The notes beneath the pieces are model-generated. The model was not told the origin of the DNA, searched no databases, and saw nothing but the letters and a program-made list of their open reading frames with translations. This document shows, piece by piece, positions 25,028 through 34,038 of a DNA stretch of 34,715 nt. The DNA lies in assembly GCA_040386535.1 (NCBI GenBank), contig JAZKFH010000030.1, positions 1 to 34,715 on the forward strand, read 5' to 3'. Numbering within the stretch: the first letter of the stretch is position 1; the number at the start of each line of letters is the position of its first letter. This stretch comes from Myxococcota bacterium (GTDB lineage Bacteria > Myxococcota_A > UBA796 > SXON01). Both the position numbers and the translations under genes were made by a program.

Positions 25028-26707
25028 TTGAAGAAATGCGCGCTCCTCGCGGTCACGCTCCCCTGGCTCGCCGCGGCGTCCTTCTCGGGCCCCACGATCC
25101 TCACGGGGAGCGCCCCGGGCGACTACTTCGGCACCCGGGTCGCCCACGCGGGCGACGTCGACGGCGACGGCTACCCGGACCTGCTCGTGGGGGCCGGCAA
25201 CAGCACGGACGGGCGCGCCGACGTGTACCTGTACCTGGGCGGCCCCACCGGCATCGCAAGCACCCCCGCGGTCACCTGGACCGGGGACCCCGAGGAGCGC
25301 TACTTCGGGACGGTGCTCGCGGGCGGCGGGGACGTGAACGGCGACGGCTACACGGACGTCCTCATCGGCTCTCCCGGCGAGTCCCGGAGCACCATCATCG
25401 GCAGCGTGCGCCTGTACCTGGGCGGCCCCGCCGGCCCCTCGACGGTCGCGGACCGGACGTGGCTCGGCAGCGGGGGCTTCGACGAGTTCGGGACGTCGGT
25501 CGCGTTCGCGGGCGACCTGAACACGGATGGCTACGACGACATCGCCCTCGGCTCGCCCGGCTCCGCCAGCGGGTTCGGCTACGTGAACGTGCACCTCGGC
25601 TCGGCGAGCGGACCCGCAGAGACGCCGGACATCATCTGGACGGGCGCGGAGGTGTACGACGGCTTCGGCCAGGGCGTCGCCGGCGCGGGGGACGTGGACG
25701 GAGACGGCTACGACGACGTGCTCATCGGCGCCGACGGCTACGGCAGCTCCACCGGGCGCGCGCTCGTGTACCTGGGCGCCGCCTCCGGCCCGGCCGCGAC
25801 GCCCGCCACGACCGTGGTGGGCGAGTACCCGTTCGACCAATTCGGGATGTCGGTGGCCGGCGCGGGCGACGTCGACGGGGATGGCTTCGACGACATCGTG
25901 ATCGGGGCGCCGTTCGCCACGACGTTCGAGGGCCGCGCCTACGTGTACATGGGGTCTGCGGCCGGCGTCTCCGCCTCGCCCGCGATGACCTGGTCCGGCA
26001 CCGCCGAATACGGGGCCTTCGGCGTGTCGCTGGCCGGCGTGGGAGACGTGGACGCGGACGGGTACGACGACATCGTCATCGGCGCGTACGGCGACGCGTC
26101 CTTCACCGGGGCCGCCTACCTCTACACGGGCTCGGCCGGCGGGGTCTCGGCGGCCGCCGCGGTGACCTGGACGGGCGAGACGGTGGAGAGCTACTTCGGG
26201 TGCTCGGTGGCCGGCCTCGGCGACCTCACGGGCGACGGCTACGACGACCTCGCCATCGGCGCCGTCAACTACGACGCGTACACCGGGCGGGTGTACGTGT
26301 ACGAGGGGGCGGGCGAGGGTGACACGGGTGACACCGGGGATACCGGGGACACGGACGACACCGACGTGGACACCGATGACGCCGACGTGGACACGGATGA
26401 CACCGACGTGGACACGGATGACACGGACGTGGACACGGATGACACCGACGTGGACACGGATGACACCGATGACACCGATGACACCGATGACACCGATGAC
26501 ACCGATGACACCGATGACACCGATGACACGGACGACACCGACGAGGACACCGACGAGGACACGGGCGACCTCGACACCGGCGACGTAGACGACGACACCG
26601 GCTGCGGCTGCGCCACCGGGAACGAGCGGGCCGCGGGCTCCCTCGCGGGGCTGCTGGCGGTGATGGTCGGGCTGCGGCGGCGTCGCGGCGTTACGACGAC
26701 CCGATAG
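25028..26707 (+). CDS. FG-GAP repeat (integrin-alpha-like propeller) surface protein with Asp/Thr stalk and MYXO-CTERM-like anchor
   Basis: Seven FG...AGDVDGDGYDD..IGA repeats, an acidic stalk, and a C-terminal GCGC + hydrophobic helix + RRRR. Confidence 0.88.
   Translation: MKKCALLAVTLPWLAAASFSGPTILTGSAPGDYFGTRVAHAGDVDGDGYPDLLVGAGNSTDGRADVYLYLGGPTGIASTPAVTWTGDPEERYFGTVLAGGGDVNGDGYTDVLIGSPGESRSTIIGSVRLYLGGPAGPSTVADRTWLGSGGFDEFGTSVAFAGDLNTDGYDDIALGSPGSASGFGYVNVHLGSASGPAETPDIIWTGAEVYDGFGQGVAGAGDVDGDGYDDVLIGADGYGSSTGRALVYLGAASGPAATPATTVVGEYPFDQFGMSVAGAGDVDGDGFDDIVIGAPFATTFEGRAYVYMGSAAGVSASPAMTWSGTAEYGAFGVSLAGVGDVDADGYDDIVIGAYGDASFTGAAYLYTGSAGGVSAAAAVTWTGETVESYFGCSVAGLGDLTGDGYDDLAIGAVNYDAYTGRVYVYEGAGEGDTGDTGDTGDTDDTDVDTDDADVDTDDTDVDTDDTDVDTDDTDVDTDDTDDTDDTDDTDDTDDTDDTDDTDDTDEDTDEDTGDLDTGDVDDDTGCGCATGNERAAGSLAGLLAVMVGLRRRRGVTTTR
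26357..26524. repeat. Coding VNTR: 5 x 21 bp (DTDVDTD) followed by 7 x 9 bp (GACACCGAT)
   Basis: Directly visible: 21-bp units at 26357-26461 and perfect 9-bp units at 26462-26524. Confidence 0.95.
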
Positions 26708-26712
26708 CGGAT

Positions 26713-29382
26713 CTAGACCCGCACCGTCCGTACCCGCGACCCCCCGGTGAGCTCGAACACCTCGATGCGGCCGAGGTCGTCGGCGAGGGCGAGGTGGTCG
26801 GGGCCGAGGCGCGCGATGACATGCTGGGCCCCGGCGAGCTCCGCCGAGAGGACGAGCCGGTTTCCGGTGTACAGGAGCGCCGCGCAGCCCGCGTCGGTCA
26901 CGCCCGTGAGGAGGAAGAAGGCGTCGGTCGCCGTCACCCCCTGGGGCGTGAGCGTGCCGAGCCCCTGTGGCATCGGCAACAGCGTGCTCAGCGGCTCCGC
27001 GCTGCCCTTGAGCTGGCGGCGGAACGGCAGGACCACGTCGGCGTTGACCCGGCGCGAGGGTTGGGCCTCCACGCGGGTTCCCGAGCCACACAACGTGGTT
27101 GTCGCCCAGTCGTCCTCGGGGATCACCGCGCGCTCGTCGAGCCGCAGGTTGGGGAAGGCGTAGCGCCACACCTGCCGCACGGCGCCGCCCACCTGGACCG
27201 CCACGCCGCTCTCGCCGCGGGTGAGCCGCTCGATGGGGCCGCCCGTCGTGACGCGCCAGAGCGCGGAGGCGCGGTCGGCGAGGGGATCGAGCGCGAGCAG
27301 GGCGTCGCCGTCGGCCACGAACCAGAAGCTGCCGTCGTACGTGTCGGCGAAGAGGCCCATCGGCACGTCGAGCCAGCGGGCGGCGGTGCCGGCGACGAGA
27401 TCGAGGCGCGCGAGCCGGCACATCCCGGGGCGCCGCGCGATGGCGATGGCGCGGGTGCCGGCGTCGTGGACGGCGAGCGCGTCGCACGGCTCGTCGAACA
27501 TCGCCACCACGCGGCCCTTGCGGTCGAGCACGCGGGCCCCGGCCTCGCCCAGGGCGACGAGCACGCGCCCGCGGGGCAGGAGCACGACATCGCGGACGGG
27601 GGTGGCGCCGCGATCCGTGGCGTCGACCGTCCATCGGAGGGGCTCGGTGCGGGCGCCGAGCGTGGTGGCGGCGGCATAGGTGGGCAGATCGGCGGCGAGC
27701 GCCGGATCGGCGGCGAAATCGCGGAGCAGGTTCAGCCCGTGGGCGGGGAGGTACCCGGGCGCGCGCGCCTGGTCCTCCACGAGCCGACGGAGGAGGGGGC
27801 GCGCGAGGGTGCGGGCGCCGGGCGAGTCGGCCTCGAGGAGGCCCCCGGCGAAGGCGCGGCGCAGGGCCATGTCCTCGGGGGACTCACCGGTGAGCAGCTC
27901 GCGTACCTGCGCGTGGACCTCTTCGAAACGCTCGGGGCTCACGACGAGCCGACGCGGCAGGAGCTGCACGCCGGCGGCGCCTCCGGCCGCGAGCGCATCG
28001 TCGAGCCAGCGCATCGCGAGCGGGCGCAACGTGGGCTCCGGCCAGCAGATCGCCACGGCGCCCGCGGGATCCCCGGCGGCCGCGAGGTGCGCGGCGTAGG
28101 AGGCGCGGAATGCGAGGCCGCGGTCCTTGTTGCCGGACTCGGCCGCGGCGGCCTCGATGACGGCGAGGCACGTCTCGAACGAGCCGGTGCGCCGCGCTAG
28201 CGAAATGGCGCGATCGAGCTTCCCCGCGCGCACCCAGAGCCGCGCGGCCACCTCGGGCTTGAGCTGTGCCGCCTCGGCGATCTCCGCGGCGGTCGCCCAC
28301 TTCTCGTGCTTCTCCAGCAGATCGATGGCCTTCTGGTGGTCGCGGAGCAGCTCGACGAGCACGAACGCCGCCTCCTCCACACGCCCCTCGGCAACGAGCT
28401 TGTCCAGCGCGCGCTGGTACATCTCGCGCAGCAGCTTCATCACCTGGTCGTCCACGCTGATGGACGAGGTCAGGCCGCCCTGGGAGAGGCGCAGGGCGAG
28501 GTCGGCGCGCGGGGTGGGGAGGCCGAGCGTGGGCGGGAGCGAGGGGCCGAGGCCGCCGCCGAGCGGGATCGCCCGGCGCAGGGCGGCGTCGAGATCGCCC
28601 TTCTCGAACAGGTCGACCAGCTCGTTGAGGAAACGCCCGTGCTGCCGCCCGAGGAGCGGGCCGAGGAGCGGCGCCGCGAGCGAACGCGCCATCCGCTCGA
28701 ACCACCCCGGCGTCGGGATCGCGGGGGGCCCGACGGCCCGCGCTGTGGCGTCCCCGCCGGTCCCGTCGGCGCCCGCGCCGGTCACCGTCCCGGCCGCGCG
28801 GCGCCGATCGAACCACCCCAGGATCCCCGCCGCCACCGTCCCGAGCCAGCCGGGCGGGGGCGGCGTCCCGCCCGTCGCCATGCGCGCGAGCTCCTCCTGA
28901 AACGCGACACCGGCGGAGTCGAGCGCGGGCTTGCCGAGGCGCGTGCGCACGTCCTTGCCGGGCGGCGCCACGATGGCCGCGGGCGGCGGGCCGAGCGGGA
29001 GGGTCTCCGCCAGCGGCGCGTCCACGCGGAGCCAGGACCAGGGCTCGGCGTCGCGGAGGGAGGTCAGGAGGACCTCGTCGCGACGGCCCTCACGGAGCCG
29101 GTGGAGGCGGCCGGGCGCGGCGGCGGCGAGCTCCTCGGGGGAGGGGGCCCACGCCCACAGGCCGTCCTTGGCCTCGACGAACGGTTGGCCCGGGGCCGTG
29201 CCACAGTCGGTCCGGCGCGGGGCCTCGAAGCGGACGAGCAAGCCCCCGTCGAGCTCATAGACGAGCGTGCCCGGGCGCCAGAGCGCAAGCGCAAGCCGAC
29301 GCAGCGCCGCCGGGGGATGCCAGCGCGCGTCCAGCCACAAGGCGCGCACGAGGACCGAGCCGCGCAGCAGGGTGGGCGTCAT
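26713..29382 (-). CDS. bpX6-domain protein of a MoxR-vWA-beta-propeller ternary system (bpX6 + TPR-like + beta-propeller)
   Basis: N-terminal RGSVLVRALWLD...LALWRPG...GGLLVRF. Central FEKGDLDAALRRAIPL and EEAAFVLVELL. C-terminal DRG..VRDVVLLPRGRVLVALGEAG. ATG at 29382 overlaps the upstream stop (ATGA). Confidence 0.85.
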   Translation of the reverse strand: MTPTLLRGSVLVRALWLDARWHPPAALRRLALALWRPGTLVYELDGGLLVRFEAPRRTDCGTAPGQPFVEAKDGLWAWAPSPEELAAAAPGRLHRLREGRRDEVLLTSLRDAEPWSWLRVDAPLAETLPLGPPPAAIVAPPGKDVRTRLGKPALDSAGVAFQEELARMATGGTPPPPGWLGTVAAGILGWFDRRRAAGTVTGAGADGTGGDATARAVGPPAIPTPGWFERMARSLAAPLLGPLLGRQHGRFLNELVDLFEKGDLDAALRRAIPLGGGLGPSLPPTLGLPTPRADLALRLSQGGLTSSISVDDQVMKLLREMYQRALDKLVAEGRVEEAAFVLVELLRDHQKAIDLLEKHEKWATAAEIAEAAQLKPEVAARLWVRAGKLDRAISLARRTGSFETCLAVIEAAAAESGNKDRGLAFRASYAAHLAAAGDPAGAVAICWPEPTLRPLAMRWLDDALAAGGAAGVQLLPRRLVVSPERFEEVHAQVRELLTGESPEDMALRRAFAGGLLEADSPGARTLARPLLRRLVEDQARAPGYLPAHGLNLLRDFAADPALAADLPTYAAATTLGARTEPLRWTVDATDRGATPVRDVVLLPRGRVLVALGEAGARVLDRKGRVVAMFDEPCDALAVHDAGTRAIAIARRPGMCRLARLDLVAGTAARWLDVPMGLFADTYDGSFWFVADGDALLALDPLADRASALWRVTTGGPIERLTRGESGVAVQVGGAVRQVWRYAFPNLRLDERAVIPEDDWATTTLCGSGTRVEAQPSRRVNADVVLPFRRQLKGSAEPLSTLLPMPQGLGTLTPQGVTATDAFFLLTGVTDAGCAALLYTGNRLVLSAELAGAQHVIARLGPDHLALADDLGRIEVFELTGGSRVRTVRV

Positions 29383-31154
29383 GCGCCGTGCCGTTGGATC
29401 ACGGGGGCGCCGGTGACGAACGACCACGCCTCGAGGAACCCCTCTTCGGTGCGCCACGCCACGATCGTGCCGTCCTGCGACAGGGTGGGCTCGATGGGGG
29501 TGCGCGGCGGGGTGATCGTGACCTCGGTGCCGGGGTGGAACATCGCGCCGGTGGCAGCGTCGTAGGTGACGGCGCGTACGTCGTTCCAGGCGATCGTGGC
29601 GATGCCGAGGATGGACGCCGACGGAAATCGAACGTCCGGCACCGTGAGGGGAACGAGCGGCCGCTGGACTAGGGGGCCAGACATCGGGATGCGCCAGGCG
29701 TGAAGACCCGCGGGGCCGCGCGTCATCAGCACGTCCTGCGCCACCCAGATCTGCTCGCCCTTGACGTGTCCCACCACGTGGACCGTCCGGTCGCGCCACC
29801 ACTGCTTCACGACGAATCCGCCGGCCTCCCGCACGACATAGACCATGTGCAGGTGGTGCGCGAAGAGCAGCACGACGTCGGTGGCCTCGGCGCGGATGCG
29901 TTTGTCCTCCGTGGGAGAGCCGTCGATGGCGTACAGCGTGCCCGCCACGTCGAGGAAGAGCGAGTTCGCACCGATGGTGACGAGCGTGCCGGCGCCCAGG
30001 ACCGGCTGAGGCGCGTCCACCTGGGCGGCCAGGATCGGGGACCCGTACCAGGACGGCCGGTAGTCTCCGTCCTTCGTGCGCGTGATAGTGATGGTGCGCT
30101 GCTGGTGGTAGCCGAGCGCGACGAGGGGCTCGTCCCACACCAGCGTGGTCTGCTTGGGCTTCGGGGAGCGCAGCACCGCGCCGTCGAACCCCCACGCGAA
30201 GGCGAGGCCGCCGCTCAGCAGGGCGACCAGCTGCGTGGTGCCTGGGACGAATCGGACCACGAGGGGCGCCTTGCCGTCGCGCGGGAAGGGGCGCCAGAGC
30301 TTGTCCGGCGGCGGGGGCGCGGGCGAGGACGAGGGCGAGGGCGAACGACCCGGCACGGCCGGCTCCGGGAACGGGTCGACCAGCAGCCGCCGGGTGATCG
30401 CCGGCGCCGGGAGGTCCAGCCGCACCTCGCCGAGGGGGCCCCCGCCGCGGGTCAGGCGCACGTCGACCGCGCGCACGTCGGGCGCGACCACCTCGGCCAA
30501 CGCGAGCTGCAACAGGACGGGCTGGCCCGCGGTCGGCGCCAGGGCGACGAGCGGGTTCGGCGCGGGCGCCCCGATGAGCCAGAGCTCGTCGACCTCGCCG
30601 ACGTTTGCGCGGGCGCGGACGATGTCCTCGGCGCTGGCGGCCTTCCCGGTGCGCGCCCCGAGGAAGGCCTGGATCGTCGCGCGGTCGACCCGCTCCTGGA
30701 GCACGCCGCCATGGACCGTGCCCCACGTGAAGTCGGCGCCCGACGCGAGCGCGCGCCGCCACAACACCACGAGCGCCGCGAGCTGCACGACGCGCGGCCC
30801 GCCGAGCTGGGAGGGGCCGCCGTCGAACAGCGCCACGCACCGCACGCCCTTCTTGCGGTCACGACGGTCGAGGCGCAGGAACGACTGCTCGCCCGACGCC
30901 GCGCGGCGGTCGAACTCCTCGGGCACCGCGTCGGCGAGCGCCCACTCGGAGAGCACGAGCCGATCGTAGGGGCCGCGGCGGTCGAGCCCGTCGTAGCCGT
31001 CGGGGTCGTCGCCGTGGGGGCGGGGCCGCGCGCGCACCCGGCCGATCACCAGCTCGAGCCGCCGCGCGAGGAGGCCGACGGGCTCGGCGAGATCGGGGGC
31101 GAAGCCGGCCAGGACGGTGGCCCAGGCGGCGAGCTCCGGGGGGAGGCTGCTCAT
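29379..31154 (-). CDS. vWA-domain component of the ternary system with C-terminal beta-rich (propeller-like) region
   Basis: DPDGYDGLDRRGPYDRLVLSEWALAD, EFDRRAASGEQSFL, and the MIDAS-like CVALFDGGPSQLGGPRVVQLAAL. ATG at 31154 overlaps the bpX5 stop. Confidence 0.82.
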   Translation of the reverse strand: MSSLPPELAAWATVLAGFAPDLAEPVGLLARRLELVIGRVRARPRPHGDDPDGYDGLDRRGPYDRLVLSEWALADAVPEEFDRRAASGEQSFLRLDRRDRKKGVRCVALFDGGPSQLGGPRVVQLAALVVLWRRALASGADFTWGTVHGGVLQERVDRATIQAFLGARTGKAASAEDIVRARANVGEVDELWLIGAPAPNPLVALAPTAGQPVLLQLALAEVVAPDVRAVDVRLTRGGGPLGEVRLDLPAPAITRRLLVDPFPEPAVPGRSPSPSSSPAPPPPDKLWRPFPRDGKAPLVVRFVPGTTQLVALLSGGLAFAWGFDGAVLRSPKPKQTTLVWDEPLVALGYHQQRTITITRTKDGDYRPSWYGSPILAAQVDAPQPVLGAGTLVTIGANSLFLDVAGTLYAIDGSPTEDKRIRAEATDVVLLFAHHLHMVYVVREAGGFVVKQWWRDRTVHVVGHVKGEQIWVAQDVLMTRGPAGLHAWRIPMSGPLVQRPLVPLTVPDVRFPSASILGIATIAWNDVRAVTYDAATGAMFHPGTEVTITPPRTPIEPTLSQDGTIVAWRTEEGFLEAWSFVTGAPVIQRHGA

Positions 31155-31639
31155 GGGCGGGCCGCGGCGTTCTGGGGAGCGGCGCCGGGGGCCGTGGCGG
31201 GCGCGCCGTCGAGCCAACGCCGCACGAACGAGAGGGCGATGGGCCGCGCCGCGCCGAGGGGGACGCGGAGATCGGGGCCACGGAGCAGGGCGACGGGCGC
31301 ACCACCCGCGCCCTCGGCGGCCTCCAGCCCCGCGAGCACGGCCCGCGCGTAGAGCGCCAGCGGCGCGTCGGGCAGCCACACGGTGGGGAACAGGAGGCCG
31401 GGCGCGTCGGGGTGGCGGCCCAGGTACTCGCAGCCGTCGGCCCATGGCAGCACGTCCGCGGGCCCGAGGATCACGAGAAGATCGGGCCCCGCCACCCCGC
31501 GCAGGTCGGGGCGCTCCGGGCCCGCTACGAGCACGCGCGCGAGCGAACGCGCGGCGGCGCCACGCGCGGCCACGGCGACCGGGACGAGCGGCGGCTCCGC
31601 GCTCCGCCAGCCGACGACCAGCGTGCCCGCGGCGCTCAT
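31151..31639 (-). CDS. bpX5-domain protein of the ternary system
   Basis: W...EPPL.PVAVAARG.AA..LAR, LRGVAG.DLLVILG..DVLPWADGCEYLG..PDAPGLL.PT. Position immediately after the MoxR gene. Confidence 0.82.
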   Translation of the reverse strand: MSAAGTLVVGWRSAEPPLVPVAVAARGAAARSLARVLVAGPERPDLRGVAGPDLLVILGPADVLPWADGCEYLGRHPDAPGLLFPTVWLPDAPLALYARAVLAGLEAAEGAGGAPVALLRGPDLRVPLGAARPIALSFVRRWLDGAPATAPGAAPQNAAARP

Positions 31640-31674
31640 CCGGAGCTCATCTGGAGCCGCTCACGTTGAGCACG

Positions 31675-32841
31675 TCACGGGCCCGACGGCGGGCCGAGCA
31701 CGGCGACCACGTCGCGACGGAGCTCGGCGAGGGCCGGCGGATGCGCGGTGGCCGGGAACCCCGCGTCGATGTCGCGCGCGATGCCCTCGACGCGGCGGCG
31801 CCACGCGCCCAAGGCCTCGACATCGGCGCTCTCCGGGCGGGCTGCGAGCACCGAGCGCCCCATCTCGACGACCCGCGCGGCGCGCGCGAGCGGCCCCGAC
31901 GAGGCCTCCGCGGCGGCGGCGGTCAACGTCTGGTTCGACGTGGCCGCGAGCAGCTCCCCGAGCGCCTCGCGCGCGAGCGACTGCCCCTCGGGCGTCTGCA
32001 CCGCCCACACGATGGGCCACAGATCCGCGCTGGTGGCGGTGGTCCGCCCGTCGAGCACCGCCGCCGCGGCCACGAGCCGCTGCACGCGCACGATGCGACG
32101 ATCGGGGAGCGTCACGCCGGCCTGCCGGAGGCGGCGCACCGCGTGGGCGAGCGCTGGGCGAGCCGGGCCGAGGTCGACCGCGCGCGCGGCACGGGCGAGC
32201 TCGTCGAGCGGGAGCATCCCCACGGCCTCGATGGCGGCGGCGCGCTCGATGGCCCAGCCCCCTTCGAGCAGGGCCTCGAGGAACGCGTCCCCCACGGGCT
32301 CGACGAACACGCGCACCAGGAACCGATCCGCGAACGCCGCGAGCGACTCGTCCTCCGGCAGCGCGTTCGACGCCCCCACGCACACGCGCAACGGGCACCG
32401 CACCACCGTGCTCCCGCGCCGGAACGTCCGCTCGTTCAGGATGCCGAGCAGCGTGTTGAGGATCGCGGTCGAGCCGAGGAACACCTCGTCGAGGAAGGCG
32501 AGCTCGGCCTCGGGGAGCATCCCCGTCGTGACTGTCTCGACCACGCCCTCGCGCAGCCGGCGCAGGTCGATGGGGCCGAAGATCTCGTTGGGCTCGGTGA
32601 AACGGCCGAGCAGGTACTCGAAGTACGCGCCGCCGAGGCCCCGCGCGACACGCCGGACGGCCTCGCTCTTCGCGGTGCCCGGCGGCCCGATGACGAGCAC
32701 GTGTTCGCCGGCCACCGCCGCGAGCACGATGGCCTCGACGAGGCTCTCCCGCTCCACGAGGCCCGCCCGCGCGAGCTCCACCACGCGCCGCAGCGCGAGG
32801 ACCGACGGATCCGCCGACCCGGCCAAATCGGTGTGCGCCAT
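31675..32841 (-). CDS. MoxR/RavA-family AAA+ ATPase
   Basis: EHVLVIGPPGTAKS (Walker A), YFEYLLGRFTEPNEIFGP, AFLDEVF (Walker B), ILNTLLGILNERTF, VGASN, AFADRF. ATG at 32841 overlaps the upstream stop (TGATG). Confidence 0.95.
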   Translation of the reverse strand: MAHTDLAGSADPSVLALRRVVELARAGLVERESLVEAIVLAAVAGEHVLVIGPPGTAKSEAVRRVARGLGGAYFEYLLGRFTEPNEIFGPIDLRRLREGVVETVTTGMLPEAELAFLDEVFLGSTAILNTLLGILNERTFRRGSTVVRCPLRVCVGASNALPEDESLAAFADRFLVRVFVEPVGDAFLEALLEGGWAIERAAAIEAVGMLPLDELARAARAVDLGPARPALAHAVRRLRQAGVTLPDRRIVRVQRLVAAAAVLDGRTTATSADLWPIVWAVQTPEGQSLAREALGELLAATSNQTLTAAAAEASSGPLARAARVVEMGRSVLAARPESADVEALGAWRRRVEGIARDIDAGFPATAHPPALAELRRDVVAVLGPPSGP

Positions 32842-33209
32842 CAGAACGGCTTCGTGAGCGCCAGCCACGCGCCGAGCCCGGCGATGAGCGGCATCGCGAA
32901 CCACAGCGGCTTCGCGAGGGCCGGAACGCGCATCGGGATGGCGAGAAGCCCGCCGACCGCCAGCCACAGCACGATCTTGGCGATGACCCAGCCGGGCAGC
33001 CCGCTGGTCATGCCCAGACGCGCCAGCATGCCGAAGCCGCCGAGCAGCATCAGGAACAGGCCGATCCCGTGCGTGGCGGCCACGAGCTTGCGCACCTTGT
33101 TGGTCTCGCGCGTGCCGCCGTTCAGGGCGTGGACCTCGGTGCCGCCGAGGGCGGCCCAGATCGCCACGAGGCCGATGATGTGGAGGATCTTGTAGAGCTC
33201 GTAGGGCAC
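32841..33209 (-). CDS. Small four-helix membrane protein (SirB/DUF2269-like)
   Basis: GTG at 33209 with GAGG upstream; 122 aa. YKILHIIG, AATHGIGLFLMLLGGFGMLARLG, PGWVIAKIVLW and a C-terminal KPF. Confidence 0.8.
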   Translation of the reverse strand: MPYELYKILHIIGLVAIWAALGGTEVHALNGGTRETNKVRKLVAATHGIGLFLMLLGGFGMLARLGMTSGLPGWVIAKIVLWLAVGGLLAIPMRVPALAKPLWFAMPLIAGLGAWLALTKPF

Positions 33210-34003
33210 GCGCGCCTCGGGGGGAAGCGGCTCTAACGCGAAGGGACGGGCGTGGCGTCGGTCGGTCGCTTCGAGGCCAGGGTCTTCACGATTCGTGGAC
33301 GGGCGGCGGGGCGCCCCCGCGCGGACGCGGGCCGGGTCGGCTCCGGGCACGCGGCGGGGCCGCGCGGTCGGTCGGGCGGATCGGCGTCGTCTCGCTTGGG
33401 ACCTCGCGGCCGCCCGACCGGACCAGCCGCCGGGGGCGGCTGCCCTCCGCGCCCCTGGCGCGGGGGAAGGAGGCCGGGCCGCCCCGTCTGGGAACGGGAA
33501 GCTCGACGTGGAAGCGCCGGTCGACCTCGACGGCGCCCGCCGGGTCGATGAATGCCAATGCCGCATCGGAGGCGAGGCAACCCCTGGCGCCGGACCTCGC
33601 GTACCAATCCATCGGAGGCGCGCAGTCTCGCGCCCGGCCCCGCATACCTATCCCACCGGAGGCGAACAAATCTTGCGCCCGGCCCGCACGGAAGCACCGT
33701 TCCATAGACGACGCGCTCCCTCGCGCCGGACCCGCAGCCAGCACCGCACGGGAGGCGACGCGCCCCGCAGCACCGGACCCCGCGTTCGGACGCCACCAGA
33801 CCCCTCGCGTCGGGCCAAAGCGGGTGCGCGCCTGGGTGGTCCCTTGTTCGTGGCCTGCGGGCGCGTCGGCGGTGCGGGAGGGCCCTGGATCGTGGCCGGG
33901 GGGTGGTCCCTCGAGCGTGCCCCGCGGCATGCGGCCGCAGGCGAGGACGGACCTGTACCTGGCCTGGGCTTGGAGGGGAACAATCACGACCCCTGTACTG
34001 CAC

Positions 34004-34032
34004 TTGCGGGCCAATCTTAGCGATGCTAAGAT
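34004..34032 (+). promoter_or_regulatory. Sigma70-type promoter overlapped by a palindromic TetR operator
   Basis: -35 TTGCGG (34004-34009), 17-nt spacer, extended -10 TGc-TAAGAT (34027-34032), 6 nt before the ATG. Perfect inverted repeat ATCTTAGC-GAT-GCTAAGAT at 34014-34032. Confidence 0.8.
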
Positions 34033-34038
34033 ACCCAC

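Noticed and set aside
26713..30840. 1375-aa bpX6 fusion protein
   Set aside because: The part upstream of 29382 overlaps the vWA gene in another frame and is Arg-rich junk. The ATGA overlap marks the true start.
33286..33987. Hypothetical minus-strand protein divergent from tetR
   Set aside because: Some GC3 bias and a short protein-like patch (AFIDPAGAVEVDRRFHVEL) are present, but there is no recognisable domain or RBS and competing frames are equally open. It is not supportable as a CDS and may be a decayed gene.
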